A stretch of DNA of 32,000 nucleotides from Mycolicibacterium smegmatis (GTDB taxonomy: Bacteria > Actinomycetota > Actinomycetes > Mycobacteriales > Mycobacteriaceae). Position numbers and translations under genes: made by a program. Location: positions 1,530,001 through 1,562,000 of the forward strand of contig NZ_LN831039.1 of NCBI RefSeq assembly GCF_001457595.1. Direction: 5' to 3'. A model generated the notes under the pieces. It was not told the DNA's origin. It worked only from the letters and a program-made list of their open reading frames with translations, and did no database searches. This document shows positions 1 through 16,389 of the stretch, piece after piece (within the stretch, counting starts at the first letter, position 1; every line of letters begins with the position of its first letter).

Positions 1-1
1 C

Positions 2-3000
2 AGCCACTTCCACTACGACCCGGTGTGGTGGAACACCCAGGCCGCCTACACCAGTGTGTGGACCGAGGACCCGCCCGGGCAGTGCAGGCAGACCCACGGC
101 TTCGACTTGGTGCGTGCGCATCTCGAAATGGCGCGCCGGGAACCGGAATACAAGTTCGTGCTGGCCGAGGTCGACTACCTCAAACCGTACTGGGACGCCC
201 ATCCCGAGGACCGTGCCGACCTGCGCCGGTTCATCGCCTCTGGTCGTGTCGAGATCATGGGCGGGACCTACAACGAACCCAACACCAACCTCACGAGCCC
301 CGAGACGGCGATCCGGAACTTCGTGCACGGCATGGGTTTCCAGCGCGACATCCTGGGCGCGACCCCGGCCACCGCGTGGCAGCTCGACGTGTTCGGCCAC
401 GACCCGCAGTTCCCCGGTATGGCGGCCGACGCCGGTCTCACGTCGAGCTCGTGGGCGCGCGGCCCGCACCACCAGTGGGGGCCGATGCAGAACGACGGGG
501 ATCCCGAACGCATGCAGTTCTGCAGCGAATTCGAGTGGATCGCGCCGTCGGGCCGCGGACTGCTGACCCATTACATGCCCGCGCACTATTCGGCCGGGTG
601 GTGGATGGATACGTCGGCGTCGCTCGCCGAGGCCGAGGACGCCACGTACACATTGTTCACCAAGCTCAAGCGCGTCGCGTTGACCCGCAACGTCCTGCTG
701 CCCGTCGGCACCGACTACACACCGCCCAACAAGTGGGTCACCGAGATCCACCGGGACTGGAACGCGCGCTACGTGTGGCCGAAGTTCGTGTGCGCGTTGC
801 CGTCCGAGTTCTTCGCCGCGGTGCGCGCCGAGCTCGACGAGCGCGGCATCACGCCGTCACCGCAGACCCGCGACATGAACCCGATCTACACCGGCAAGGA
901 CGTCTCCTACATCGACACCAAGCAGGCCAACCGTGCCGCCGAGGACGCCGTGCTGGACGCCGAACGGTTCGCGGTGTTCGCCGGGTTGCTCGGCGGGGCG
1001 GACTATCCGCAGGCCGCGCTGGCCAAGGCGTGGGTGCAATTGGCCTACGGCGCGCACCACGACGCGATCACCGGATCCGAGTCCGATCAGGTGTACCTCG
1101 ACCTGCTGACCGGCTGGCGCGACGCGTGGGAGCTGGGCACGACCGCGCGCTCGGCCGCCCTGCAGCTGTTGTCGGAAGCCGTCGACGGATCGATCGTGGT
1201 GTGGAATGCGTTGGCGCACAGCCGCACCGACGTCGTCACGATGCACCTGGACCGCCCGTTTCCCGGCGCGTTGCTGGGCACCGACGGCAACGTGGTGCCC
1301 GTCGTGGTCGAGCATGACGGCTTGACCGTGAGCTGGCTCGCGCGTGATGTGCCGTCGCTCGGGTGGCGTTCGTACCGGCTGGCCGACGGTGCCGGGGGCG
1401 GGTGGTCGCCTGTGCTGGGGGACGCGATCTCGAACGAACGCTATCGGTTGCGTGTCGATGCCGCGCGCGGCGGTGGGGTGACATCGCTGGTGCGCGACGG
1501 GCGGCAACTGATCGCCGGCGGCGGTGTGGGCAACGAGCTTGCGGTGTACGACGAATACTCCGCACACCCGCAGGCTGGTGAGGGCCCGTGGCATCTGCTG
1601 CCGAAGGGCCCGGTGGTGTGCTCGTCGGCGGCCCCTGCCGATCATGTCCGGTGTTACCGCAGCGCGGTGGGCCAACGGGTGGTGGTGCGCGGGCGCATCG
1701 GTGACCTGCTGCGCTACACCCAGACCATCACGCTGTGGAACGGGCTGGATCGCGTCGACTGCCGCACCGTCGTCGACGAATTCACCGGCGAGGACCGGTT
1801 GTTGCGGTTGCGCTGGCCCTGTCCGGTGCCGGGTGCGTTGCCGGTCAGTGAGGTCGGTGACGCCGTGATCGGTCGCGGGTTCGGGCTCATGCACGACGGG
1901 GTTTCTGATGGCCGGGCGGGGGATACGGCGGTGGATTCGGCGGTGGATTCGGCACGGCATCCCTGGACGCTCGACAACCCGGCGTACGGGTGGTTCGGGC
2001 TGTCGTCGGCGGTGCGGATCCGCATCAATACCGGCGTGCGGGCGGTGTCGGTGGCCGAGGTGGTCACCGCCGACGAGGATCCGGGCGCGGCCCGCGAACT
2101 GATGGTGGCCCTGGTACGTGCCGGGGTGACGGCGACGTGCAGCAGCGCCGACAAGCCGCGGTACGGCGATCTGACGGTCGACTCCAACCTGCCCGACACC
2201 CGGTTCGCCCTCGGCGGACCCGACGAGAACCCCTTCACCGCAGCGGTTCTCGCCGACGCCGACATGGCCTACACCGACGAGCTCAAACGTCAGCTCGACG
2301 CCCACGGCACGGCACGTGTGTGGGTGCCCGCGACCGCGCCGTTGACCGAGGTGTGGGTGCCCGGTGCCGACCTGCGCGGGGTACGTGCCGTAGGGGTGCT
2401 GATCCTCGCGGGCGATCTCGATGCGGTCATCGAGGATCTCGTCGACGCCGAGATCTCCGTCGACCAGGAGATCCTCGGCGACCCAGGGTCTTTCGAGGAC
2501 TTCACCGTCGCGGTGCTCAACCGAGGGGCGCCGGGCTTCGCGGTCGATCCGGACGGCACCCTGCACACGTCGCTCATGCGGTCGTGCACCGGATGGCCGT
2601 CGGGCACCTGGATCGACCCGCCGCGGCGCACCGCACCCGACGGCAGCAACTTCCAGTTGCAGCACTGGACACACACGTTCGACTACGCCGTCGTCGCCGG
2701 TGACGGTGACTGGCGCGACGTCGGTGCGCCGGCACGCGCCGCCGAGTTCAACCGGCCACTGGTCGCGGTGCCGTCGGAAGACGGCCGCGGGGAGCATCCC
2801 GGGGGACTGCCGCCATGGGGATCGCTGCTGGAGATCGAACCGGCCGAAGTGGTGCAGCTCGGCGCGCTCAAGGCGACCGGAAACCCGCTGGCGTCGGGAA
2901 GTGTCCACACCGTCCGGCCGGCCGAGGGGATCACCGCGCGCCTCGTCGAGATCACCGGCGCGGCAACCGAGGTGAAGATCCGCTCCGGTCTCCGTAACGC

Positions 3001-3886
3001 GAGCGGTGCCGTGCCGCTGAACCTGCTGGAGGAGCCGGTCGACGGGGAACCGTCACACCTGCACGGGTACCAGATCGCGACGCTGAGCACCAGGATGAAC
3101 CTGCCGCAGGTGCTGCGCGGTGAGCACCGTCAACTGGCGCCCGAAGCCGAGGCGGCGCAGCCGTTGTACGCACGCTACTGGCTGCACAACCGCGGGCCCG
3201 CACCGCTGGGCGGGCTGCCGGCGGTGGCGTACCTGCACCCGGAAAACGCTGCCGCAGAGCCGGATTCCCAGGTGGCGCTGCGGCTCACCGTCGCCAGCGA
3301 CTGCACCGACGCGCCCCTGCACGGCCGGGTGCGGGTGACGGTGCCGCCGGGCTGGGCGGTGGCGACCACCGAACTGTCGTTCGTGCTGCCACCCGGCGAG
3401 TACCTGGAAACCGAAGTGGTGGTGGATATTCCGCCGGTAGCCGAGCCAGGGTTGTATCCCGTTCGCGCGGAACTCGCCGTCACCGGCGGAGACGCCGTGG
3501 GCGTGCCACCGTCGTGGCGGCAGTGCGTCGAGGACGTCTGCGTCGTCACGGTGGGTGAACCCGGCGGGCACATTCTGCGGATGCTGGCCGAACCTCAGCC
3601 GGTGGACGTCGCGGCGGGGGATGCGGCGCGCCTGAGCATGACCGTCGGGACCGACGCGCGTGCGGACCTGTCGGCCGAGGCACACCTGATCAGCCCGTGG
3701 GGCACCTGGGAGTGGATGGGGCCCGCCGCGGCCGGCGTCGACCTGCCCGCGGGCGGATCCGCCGAGGTCGTGTTCGACGTGGCCCCGCCGCCGTGGGTGG
3801 CCCCCGGCGAATGGTGGGCGCTGATCCGGGTCGGCAGTGCGGGCCGGCTGCTCTACTCGCCCGCGGTCCGGGTGGTGGTGCGGTGA
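2..3886 (+). CDS. Glycoside hydrolase family 38 alpha-mannosidase, 5'-truncated by window edge
   Basis: Frame is open from nt 2 and encodes SHFHYDPVWWNTQ, the GH38-like N-terminal His/Asp motif; WQLDVFGHDPQFP and AYGAHHDAITGSESDQVY motifs; ends at TGA 3884-3886. The ORF track starts at GTG 23 only because of the window edge. Confidence 0.9.
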   Translation, partial: SHFHYDPVWWNTQAAYTSVWTEDPPGQCRQTHGFDLVRAHLEMARREPEYKFVLAEVDYLKPYWDAHPEDRADLRRFIASGRVEIMGGTYNEPNTNLTSPETAIRNFVHGMGFQRDILGATPATAWQLDVFGHDPQFPGMAADAGLTSSSWARGPHHQWGPMQNDGDPERMQFCSEFEWIAPSGRGLLTHYMPAHYSAGWWMDTSASLAEAEDATYTLFTKLKRVALTRNVLLPVGTDYTPPNKWVTEIHRDWNARYVWPKFVCALPSEFFAAVRAELDERGITPSPQTRDMNPIYTGKDVSYIDTKQANRAAEDAVLDAERFAVFAGLLGGADYPQAALAKAWVQLAYGAHHDAITGSESDQVYLDLLTGWRDAWELGTTARSAALQLLSEAVDGSIVVWNALAHSRTDVVTMHLDRPFPGALLGTDGNVVPVVVEHDGLTVSWLARDVPSLGWRSYRLADGAGGGWSPVLGDAISNERYRLRVDAARGGGVTSLVRDGRQLIAGGGVGNELAVYDEYSAHPQAGEGPWHLLPKGPVVCSSAAPADHVRCYRSAVGQRVVVRGRIGDLLRYTQTITLWNGLDRVDCRTVVDEFTGEDRLLRLRWPCPVPGALPVSEVGDAVIGRGFGLMHDGVSDGRAGDTAVDSAVDSARHPWTLDNPAYGWFGLSSAVRIRINTGVRAVSVAEVVTADEDPGAARELMVALVRAGVTATCSSADKPRYGDLTVDSNLPDTRFALGGPDENPFTAAVLADADMAYTDELKRQLDAHGTARVWVPATAPLTEVWVPGADLRGVRAVGVLILAGDLDAVIEDLVDAEISVDQEILGDPGSFEDFTVAVLNRGAPGFAVDPDGTLHTSLMRSCTGWPSGTWIDPPRRTAPDGSNFQLQHWTHTFDYAVVAGDGDWRDVGAPARAAEFNRPLVAVPSEDGRGEHPGGLPPWGSLLEIEPAEVVQLGALKATGNPLASGSVHTVRPAEGITARLVEITGAATEVKIRSGLRNASGAVPLNLLEEPVDGEPSHLHGYQIATLSTRMNLPQVLRGEHRQLAPEAEAAQPLYARYWLHNRGPAPLGGLPAVAYLHPENAAAEPDSQVALRLTVASDCTDAPLHGRVRVTVPPGWAVATTELSFVLPPGEYLETEVVVDIPPVAEPGLYPVRAELAVTGGDAVGVPPSWRQCVEDVCVVTVGEPGGHILRMLAEPQPVDVAAGDAARLSMTVGTDARADLSAEAHLISPWGTWEWMGPAAAGVDLPAGGSAEVVFDVAPPPWVAPGEWWALIRVGSAGRLLYSPAVRVVVR

Positions 3887-4482
3887 GGGCTGTGGCTGCG
3901 CGGGTGGCGGGTTCGGCGGTTTTCGTCGACGAGATCGACGAGCGGGAAAGACGTTTGCGTGCTTCGAATCTGGCGTCGGCGCTGCCGCGGCCCGGCGCCA
4001 GCGAGGGCCGTCAACTGCGTCGCTGGCTGACCCAGCTCGCGGTGGCCGAGCGTGTCGTGGCCGCCGAGGTGGCCGGTGACGTCGCGCCGGCCGAGGGCGA
4101 GTTGTTGCCCGACACGGCCGCACGGTTGGAGATCGGCAGCGTCGCGGCGTCACTGTTGGCCTCGGCGCACGCGCGGGCGGTCTTCATGCGGGTCACGGCG
4201 TCGGTCTCGGTGACCGACGACGACGTGGCCGCGTACCACGCCCGCAACCCCTTGCGGTTTGCGCCGAGACCAGATGTGGACGCCGACGGGTGGCGGGGAA
4301 CGCCGGTCGCGCCGCCGCTGGCCGACGTCGAAAACGCGGTGCGGCAACACCTTCTCGCGGCGGCACGCCGGCGCGAGTTCCGACGGTGGCTCGACGGAAG
4401 CTGTGCAAAGCTCGTCGACCTCGCGCCCGGCTACGAACACCCGGGTGACCCGCGCCAACCCGACAACACCCATAGACACTAG
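3883..4482 (+). CDS. Small conserved mycobacterial protein (199 aa) between mannosidase and ROK kinase; function uncertain, C-terminal half faintly resembles SurA/peptidyl-prolyl-isomerase-associated helical segments
   Basis: GTG at 3883 overlaps the upstream TGA (GTGA overlap); ORF ends at TAG 4480-4482. The track start at 3697 would overlap the mannosidase by about 190 nt. Confidence 0.7.
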   Translation: MRAVAARVAGSAVFVDEIDERERRLRASNLASALPRPGASEGRQLRRWLTQLAVAERVVAAEVAGDVAPAEGELLPDTAARLEIGSVAASLLASAHARAVFMRVTASVSVTDDDVAAYHARNPLRFAPRPDVDADGWRGTPVAPPLADVENAVRQHLLAAARRREFRRWLDGSCAKLVDLAPGYEHPGDPRQPDNTHRH

Positions 4483-4486
4483 GGGC

Positions 4487-5392
4487 ATGACGCTCACCCT
4501 GGCCCTGGACATCGGTGGCACCAAGATCGCTGCCGGCCTGGTCGACGACGACGGCACTCTGGTGCATCAGGCTCAGCTGCCCACACCCCACGGCGACGGC
4601 GAACTGATCTGGAACGTCGTCGACGAACTTGTCACCGGGGCACTGCGGGCGGCCGACGGCGCGGTGGACGGGGTCGGTATCGCGGCGGCCGGGCCGATCG
4701 ACCTGCCAGGCGGAACCATCAGCCCCATCAACATCATCGAGTGGCAACGGTTTCCGATCGTCGATCGCGTGGCTGCCGCGACCGGGCTTCCGGTGCGGCT
4801 CGGCGGTGACGGACTGTGCATGGCGCTCGGCGAGCATTGGCGTGGTGCGGGCCGGGGTGCGCAGTTCCTGCTGGGCATGGTGGTGTCGACCGGCGTCGGG
4901 GGAGGGCTCGTGCTCGACGGGGCGCCGTACGACGGGCGGACCGGCAACGCAGGACACGCGGGGCACGTCATCGTCGAACTCGAAGACGGAGACCTGTGCA
5001 CGTGCGGTGGGCACGGCTGCGTCGAGACCGTCGCGTCCGGACCCAACATGACGCGCTGGGCGCGCAGGCAGGGTTGGCAGGCACCGGCCGATGCCGACGC
5101 CAAGGAGCTCGCCGACGCGGCCAACGCCGGGGATGCCGTCGCGCTCGCGGCGTACCGGCGCGGTGCACGCGCGGTCGCGGCGATGATCGCGTCGGTGGGC
5201 GCGGTGTGCGATCTGGACCTGGTGGTGATCGGCGGCGGGGTCGCGAAGTCGGGGGCGCTGTTGTTCGACCCGATCCGCGAGGCACTGAAGAACTACGCGG
5301 GCCTGGATTTCCTGCGGACCCTGCAGGTGGTGCCTGCCGAACTCGGCGGAGATGCCGGCCTGATCGGGGCGGCGGCGCTGGCCCGGGCGTGA
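4487..5392 (+). CDS. ROK-family sugar kinase / glucokinase-like
   Basis: MTLTLALDIGGTKIAAGLVDDDG N-terminal ATP-binding motif, GHAGHVIVE and CTCGGHGCVETVASG zinc-binding ROK signature. ATG at 4487, 4 nt after the previous stop. Confidence 0.93.
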   Translation: MTLTLALDIGGTKIAAGLVDDDGTLVHQAQLPTPHGDGELIWNVVDELVTGALRAADGAVDGVGIAAAGPIDLPGGTISPINIIEWQRFPIVDRVAAATGLPVRLGGDGLCMALGEHWRGAGRGAQFLLGMVVSTGVGGGLVLDGAPYDGRTGNAGHAGHVIVELEDGDLCTCGGHGCVETVASGPNMTRWARRQGWQAPADADAKELADAANAGDAVALAAYRRGARAVAAMIASVGAVCDLDLVVIGGGVAKSGALLFDPIREALKNYAGLDFLRTLQVVPAELGGDAGLIGAAALARA

Positions 5393-5561
5393 GCCTGCGC
5401 GTCGCCCTGGCGCTGACTTGGTGCAGCGACTAGCTGCGGTGACGACGCGGCGCACGCCCGGCGGCGGTGAGCGTGCGCGCACTGCTGAGGATCTACGGTG
5501 TGCCGAGGGGCAGACACGCACGCTCGCGGTGCAAGGGGGCCCAGGTGCGAGGTGCCCCGTT

Positions 5562-5591
5562 TTGGCTGATCGGGGGTGAGTCGGCTAGTCT
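5562..5591 (+). promoter_or_regulatory. Candidate SigA-type promoter for rplJ-rplL
   Basis: TTGGCT (5562-5567) - 18 nt - TAGTCT (5586-5591), followed by a leader of about 240 nt to rplJ. Motif-based only. Confidence 0.4.
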
Positions 5592-5647
5592 TGTCGAGTT
5601 CCACCGAAGACCGTCGGTCACCGATGAGCGCTCGCGCGAAGAGCAAG

Positions 5648-5708
5648 AGCCTCGGCAATCGGTTGAAGGTCCGGGATTTCCCGGCGGCCCACGCAGGAGG
5701 ACGAGGCT
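5648..5708 (+). promoter_or_regulatory. Ribosomal protein L10 leader-like structured RNA element
   Basis: Closing helix AGCCTCG (5648-5654) / CGAGGCT (5702-5708) encloses an internal CCGGG-ATTT-CCCGG hairpin (about 5671-5684) and the conserved-looking GGTTGAAGGTCC...CCCACGCAGGAGGACGAG. Located in the rplJ 5' leader. Confidence 0.65.
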
Positions 5709-5836
5709 AGAGCCCAGTTGTGCTGGTTTTTCGCGCCCCGACCTGTCTGCGTCGGGGCGTTCGTCATTTCCGGACATTCTTGACCTTCTGTGACTGTCGA
5801 GGCGGAACGCCCGATACCCATCACAAGGAGGCATGC

Positions 5837-6364
5837 ATGGCCAAGGCTGACAAGGCCACGGCGGTTGCCGACATTGCCGAGCAGTTCAAGGCGTCGACGG
5901 CCACCGTCGTCACCGAGTACCGCGGGCTGACTGTGGCCAACCTGGCTGAGCTGCGTCGTGCCCTCGGCGACTCCGCCACGTACACCGTCGCCAAGAACAC
6001 TCTGGTGAAGCGCGCCGCTTCGGAAGCCGGCATTGAAGGCCTCGACGAGCTGTTCGCCGGTCCCACGGCGATCGCGTTCGTCAAGGGCGAAGCGGTCGAT
6101 GCCGCCAAGGCGATCAAGAAGTTCGCCAAGGACAACAAGGCGCTCGTCATCAAGGGCGGCTACATGGACGGCAAGGCGCTGTCCGTCGCCGACGTCGAGA
6201 AGATCGCCGACCTGGAGTCCCGCGAGGTGCTGCTGGCCAAGCTGGCAGGCGCCATGAAGGGCAACCTGTCGAAGGCTGCCGGTCTGTTCAACGCGCCCGC
6301 TTCTCAGGTGGCCCGGCTCGCTGCCGCGCTGCAGGAGAAGAAGGCCGGCGAAGAAGCCGCATAG
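5837..6364 (+). CDS. rplJ: 50S ribosomal protein L10
   Basis: [45 protein letters not shown]...; ATG 5837 preceded by AAGGAGG. Confidence 0.98.
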   Translation: MAKADKATAVADIAEQFKASTATVVTEYRGLTVANLAELRRALGDSATYTVAKNTLVKRAASEAGIEGLDELFAGPTAIAFVKGEAVDAAKAIKKFAKDNKALVIKGGYMDGKALSVADVEKIADLESREVLLAKLAGAMKGNLSKAAGLFNAPASQVARLAAALQEKKAGEEAA

Positions 6365-6433
6365 AGCGCCTGCTCTGTCGCTGCGAAAACAACCACATAC
6401 AACGTCCAATAAGAATCAGGAAGGACCATAAAC

Positions 6434-6826
6434 ATGGCCAAGCTGTCCACCGAGGAACTGCTCGACGCTTTCAAGGAAATGACCCTGCTGGAGCTCTCTG
6501 AGTTCGTGAAGCAGTTCGAGGAGACCTTCGAGGTCACCGCCGCCGCTCCGGTCGCGGTTGCCGCTGCCCCGGGTGCCGCCGCCGGCGGTGCCGCCGAGGC
6601 CGCCGAGGAGCAGTCGGAATTCGACGTCATCCTCGAGGGTGCCGGCGAGAAGAAGATCGGCGTCATCAAGGTCGTCCGCGAGATCGTCTCCGGCCTGGGC
6701 CTGAAGGAAGCCAAGGATCTCGTCGACAGCGCGCCCAAGCCGCTGCTGGAGAAGGTCACCAAGGAAGCCGCCGACGACGCCAAGGCCAAGCTGGAAGCTG
6801 CCGGCGCCTCGGTCACCGTCAAGTAG
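6434..6826 (+). CDS. rplL: 50S ribosomal protein L7/L12
   Basis: [47 protein letters not shown]...[37 protein letters not shown]; RBS AGGAAGGA. Confidence 0.98.
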   Translation: MAKLSTEELLDAFKEMTLLELSEFVKQFEETFEVTAAAPVAVAAAPGAAAGGAAEAAEEQSEFDVILEGAGEKKIGVIKVVREIVSGLGLKEAKDLVDSAPKPLLEKVTKEAADDAKAKLEAAGASVTVK

Positions 6827-6854
6827 TCCTCGCGACTGCTCGATTTTCCAGGAG

Positions 6855-6889
6855 AAGTCCCCCGGATCTTTCGGATCCGGGGGACTTTT
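6855..6889 (+). terminator. Rho-independent terminator after rplL
   Basis: Perfect 14-bp stem AAGTCCCCCGGATC (6855-6868) / GATCCGGGGGACTT (6874-6887), 5-nt loop, then a short T run. Confidence 0.88.
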
Positions 6890-7016
6890 GCTGTTTGTGA
6901 CTCCGCAAAGGGAATAGATCGACGCAACGGTGATCACGCGATAGCCGGTGCGCTAAGGTGACTCAAACCACAGGCCAGAGCGGGTGGTGTGGTAGGCGTA
7001 GCGGGAAGGATCTTTG

Positions 7017-8099
7017 ATGGGCGTCCAAATCGACGTGACGGGGTTGAGCAAGTCTTTCGGGTCGTCAAAGATCTGGGAAGACGTGACCATGTCGATCCCG
7101 GCCGGCGAGGTGAGCGTGCTGCTGGGCCCCTCCGGTACCGGCAAATCCGTGTTCCTGAAGTCGCTGATCGGTTTGCTCCGCCCCGAACGTGGCTCCATCG
7201 TCATCGACGGCACCGACATCCTGCAGTGCTCGGCCAAGGAGCTCTACGAGATCCGCACGCTGTTCGGTGTGCTGTTCCAGGACGGCGCGCTGTTCGGCTC
7301 GATGAACATCTACGACAACACCGCGTTCCCGCTCCGTGAGCACACCAAGAAGAGCGAGAGCGAAATCCGCAAGATCGTGATGGAGAAGCTCGACCTGGTC
7401 GGTATGCCCAACGACGGGCACAAGTTCCCCGGTGAGATCTCCGGCGGTATGCGCAAGCGCGCCGGTCTGGCCCGCGCACTCGTGCTCGATCCGGAGATCA
7501 TCCTCTGCGACGAGCCGGACTCGGGTCTGGACCCGGTGCGTACGGCCTACCTGTCGCAGCTGCTGATCGACATCAACGCGCAGATCGACGCGACCGTGCT
7601 GATCGTGACGCACAACATCAACATCGCCCGCACCGTGCCCGACAACATGGGCATGCTGTTCCGCAAGCAGCTGGTGATGTTCGGCCCGCGTGAGGTGCTT
7701 CTGACCAGCGAGGAGCCGGTGGTCAAGCAGTTCCTCAACGGCCGCCGTATCGGCCCGATCGGTATGTCGGAGGAGAAGGACGAGGCCACCGCGGCCGCCG
7801 AGCAGGCCCTGGTGGACGCCGGCCAGCACGACGGCGGTGTCGAGGAGATCGAGGGTGTGCCGCCGCAGCTGCAGGCCACCCCGGGTATGCCCGAGCGCAA
7901 GGCCGTGGCCCGCCGTAAGGCCCGCGTGCGCGAGATCCTGCACACCCTGCCGCCCGCCGCGCAGGCCGCGATCCTCGAAGAGCTCGACCGCGACCAGCCG
8001 CAGCTGTCCGCCCCGACCGCCCAGACGGCCGCCACCGCGCCCGTCGAGAACTACGACGACTCGCCGACGGGCGTCATCGAGGTGCCCAAGCAGGCGTGA
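7017..8099 (+). CDS. mceG: ABC transporter ATP-binding protein of the Mkl/MceG (Mce-associated) family
   Basis: MGVQIDVTGLSKSFGSSKIWEDVTMSIPAGEVSVLLGPSGTGKSVFLKSLIGLLRPERG (Walker A); ISGGMRKRAGLARALVLDPEIILCDEPDSGLDPVR (signature/Walker B); long C-terminal extension typical of mycobacterial MceG. RBS GGGAAGGA before ATG 7017; TTG 7014 is less likely. Confidence 0.9.
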   Translation: MGVQIDVTGLSKSFGSSKIWEDVTMSIPAGEVSVLLGPSGTGKSVFLKSLIGLLRPERGSIVIDGTDILQCSAKELYEIRTLFGVLFQDGALFGSMNIYDNTAFPLREHTKKSESEIRKIVMEKLDLVGMPNDGHKFPGEISGGMRKRAGLARALVLDPEIILCDEPDSGLDPVRTAYLSQLLIDINAQIDATVLIVTHNINIARTVPDNMGMLFRKQLVMFGPREVLLTSEEPVVKQFLNGRRIGPIGMSEEKDEATAAAEQALVDAGQHDGGVEEIEGVPPQLQATPGMPERKAVARRKARVREILHTLPPAAQAAILEELDRDQPQLSAPTAQTAATAPVENYDDSPTGVIEVPKQA

Positions 8100-8110
8100 G
8101 TTTGCCGCGA

Positions 8111-8139
8111 TCAGGCCGGGCCGTCACGGCCCGGCCTGA
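8111..8139 (+). terminator. Intrinsic hairpin without U-tract downstream of mceG
   Basis: Perfect 13-bp stem TCAGGCCGGGCCG / CGGCCCGGCCTGA with 3-nt loop, 12 nt after the stop; no T run. Confidence 0.6.
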
Positions 8140-8474
8140 CGTGTCTCAAGGGGCAGGCGCGCGGGCAACCGCGTCGGCCCCACCCGCCGCGATTTCGGCG
8201 ATTTTCTCCGGATTTCCACGCCCGCAACGATTTTCGCTAAGATGACGGAGGTGTGTGCAGCCGGCCGGTCGGGTCGTCGCACGCACCGGCGGGTGCCGGT
8301 CCACATGACGGTGCCGGCCGGAACGGGACCGTACGACGACCGCGGGCAGGCGGGAGTGGGCGGACGCACCCAGGATCGGCGGTTGCCGGTCGTGGCCCGG
8401 GTGTGCCGGCGCGCTGGGTGGCGGGTGGAACGTCACGCGAGCGCAATTCCCCCCACCAATCAGCGTGTTCGCTC

Positions 8475-8503
8475 TTGACGGACGGCCCCGGACGGGCCAA
8501 TCT
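8475..8503 (+). promoter_or_regulatory. Candidate upstream promoter in the rpoB 5' region
   Basis: TTGACG (8475-8480) - 17 nt - CAATCT (8498-8503); the -10 is non-canonical. Confidence 0.3.
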
Positions 8504-8580
8504 GTTGGGCAGCATGTTCGAACGGGTTGAGGACGCCAGCCAGCGCCGGGTGACCCAGCTCATGCGCCCGAGGGGTTTGG

Positions 8581-8609
8581 TTGAGGAATGCGCCGTTCTG
8601 CGCTATCGT
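8581..8609 (+). promoter_or_regulatory. Candidate SigA-type promoter of rpoB-rpoC
   Basis: TTGAGG (8581-8586) - 17 nt - TATCGT (8604-8609), about 205 nt upstream of the rpoB start. Confidence 0.45.
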
Positions 8610-8789
8610 TGGACGTTGCGCTGGCTGCACCCTGCCCACCTCACCTGTACCTGACACCGTGGTCCTAGCCTGAGTAGTTTGCTCAGTACCTGGTCCTGTG
8701 TCGTTGCGTCCAGGGTTCTGGACAGGCCCAAGCCAGCCGAACCGACGCAGAATCGCGACAGAGATCCGGCGAATGCCGCATCCGAATAG

Positions 8790-12308
<3,519 letters not shown>

Positions 12309-12335
12309 AGCCTCGTCCGAAGACCGCCTCAGTAG

Positions 12336-16325
<3,990 letters not shown>

Positions 16326-16333
16326 GCAGTAGG

Positions 16334-16373
16334 AAAAAGCCCCCGGGGTGCGCAAGCGCCCCGGGGGCTTTTT
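16334..16373. terminator. Bidirectional intrinsic terminator between rpoC and the convergent LacI gene
   Basis: AAAAAGCCCCCGGGG (16334-16348) / CCCCGGGGGCTTTTT (16359-16373), perfect 15 bp, extended by 3 inner pairs (one G-U) and closed by a GCAA loop. A-tract on the left and T-tract on the right allow termination on both strands. Confidence 0.92.
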
Positions 16374-16389
16374 CGTGTGCCGAATGTGA

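Noticed and set aside
857-2908. 683-aa antisense ORF over the mannosidase gene
   Set aside because: No recognizable domain, biased composition, entirely opposite a well-supported GH38 gene.
8146-8478. Short ORFs in the mceG-rpoB gap (for example 8146-8436 minus, 8242-8478 plus) as toxin-antitoxin candidates
   Set aside because: M. tuberculosis has other genes including vapBC between mkl and rpoB, so I looked for them. These translations are Arg/Pro/Gly-rich with no PIN or ribbon-helix-helix features.
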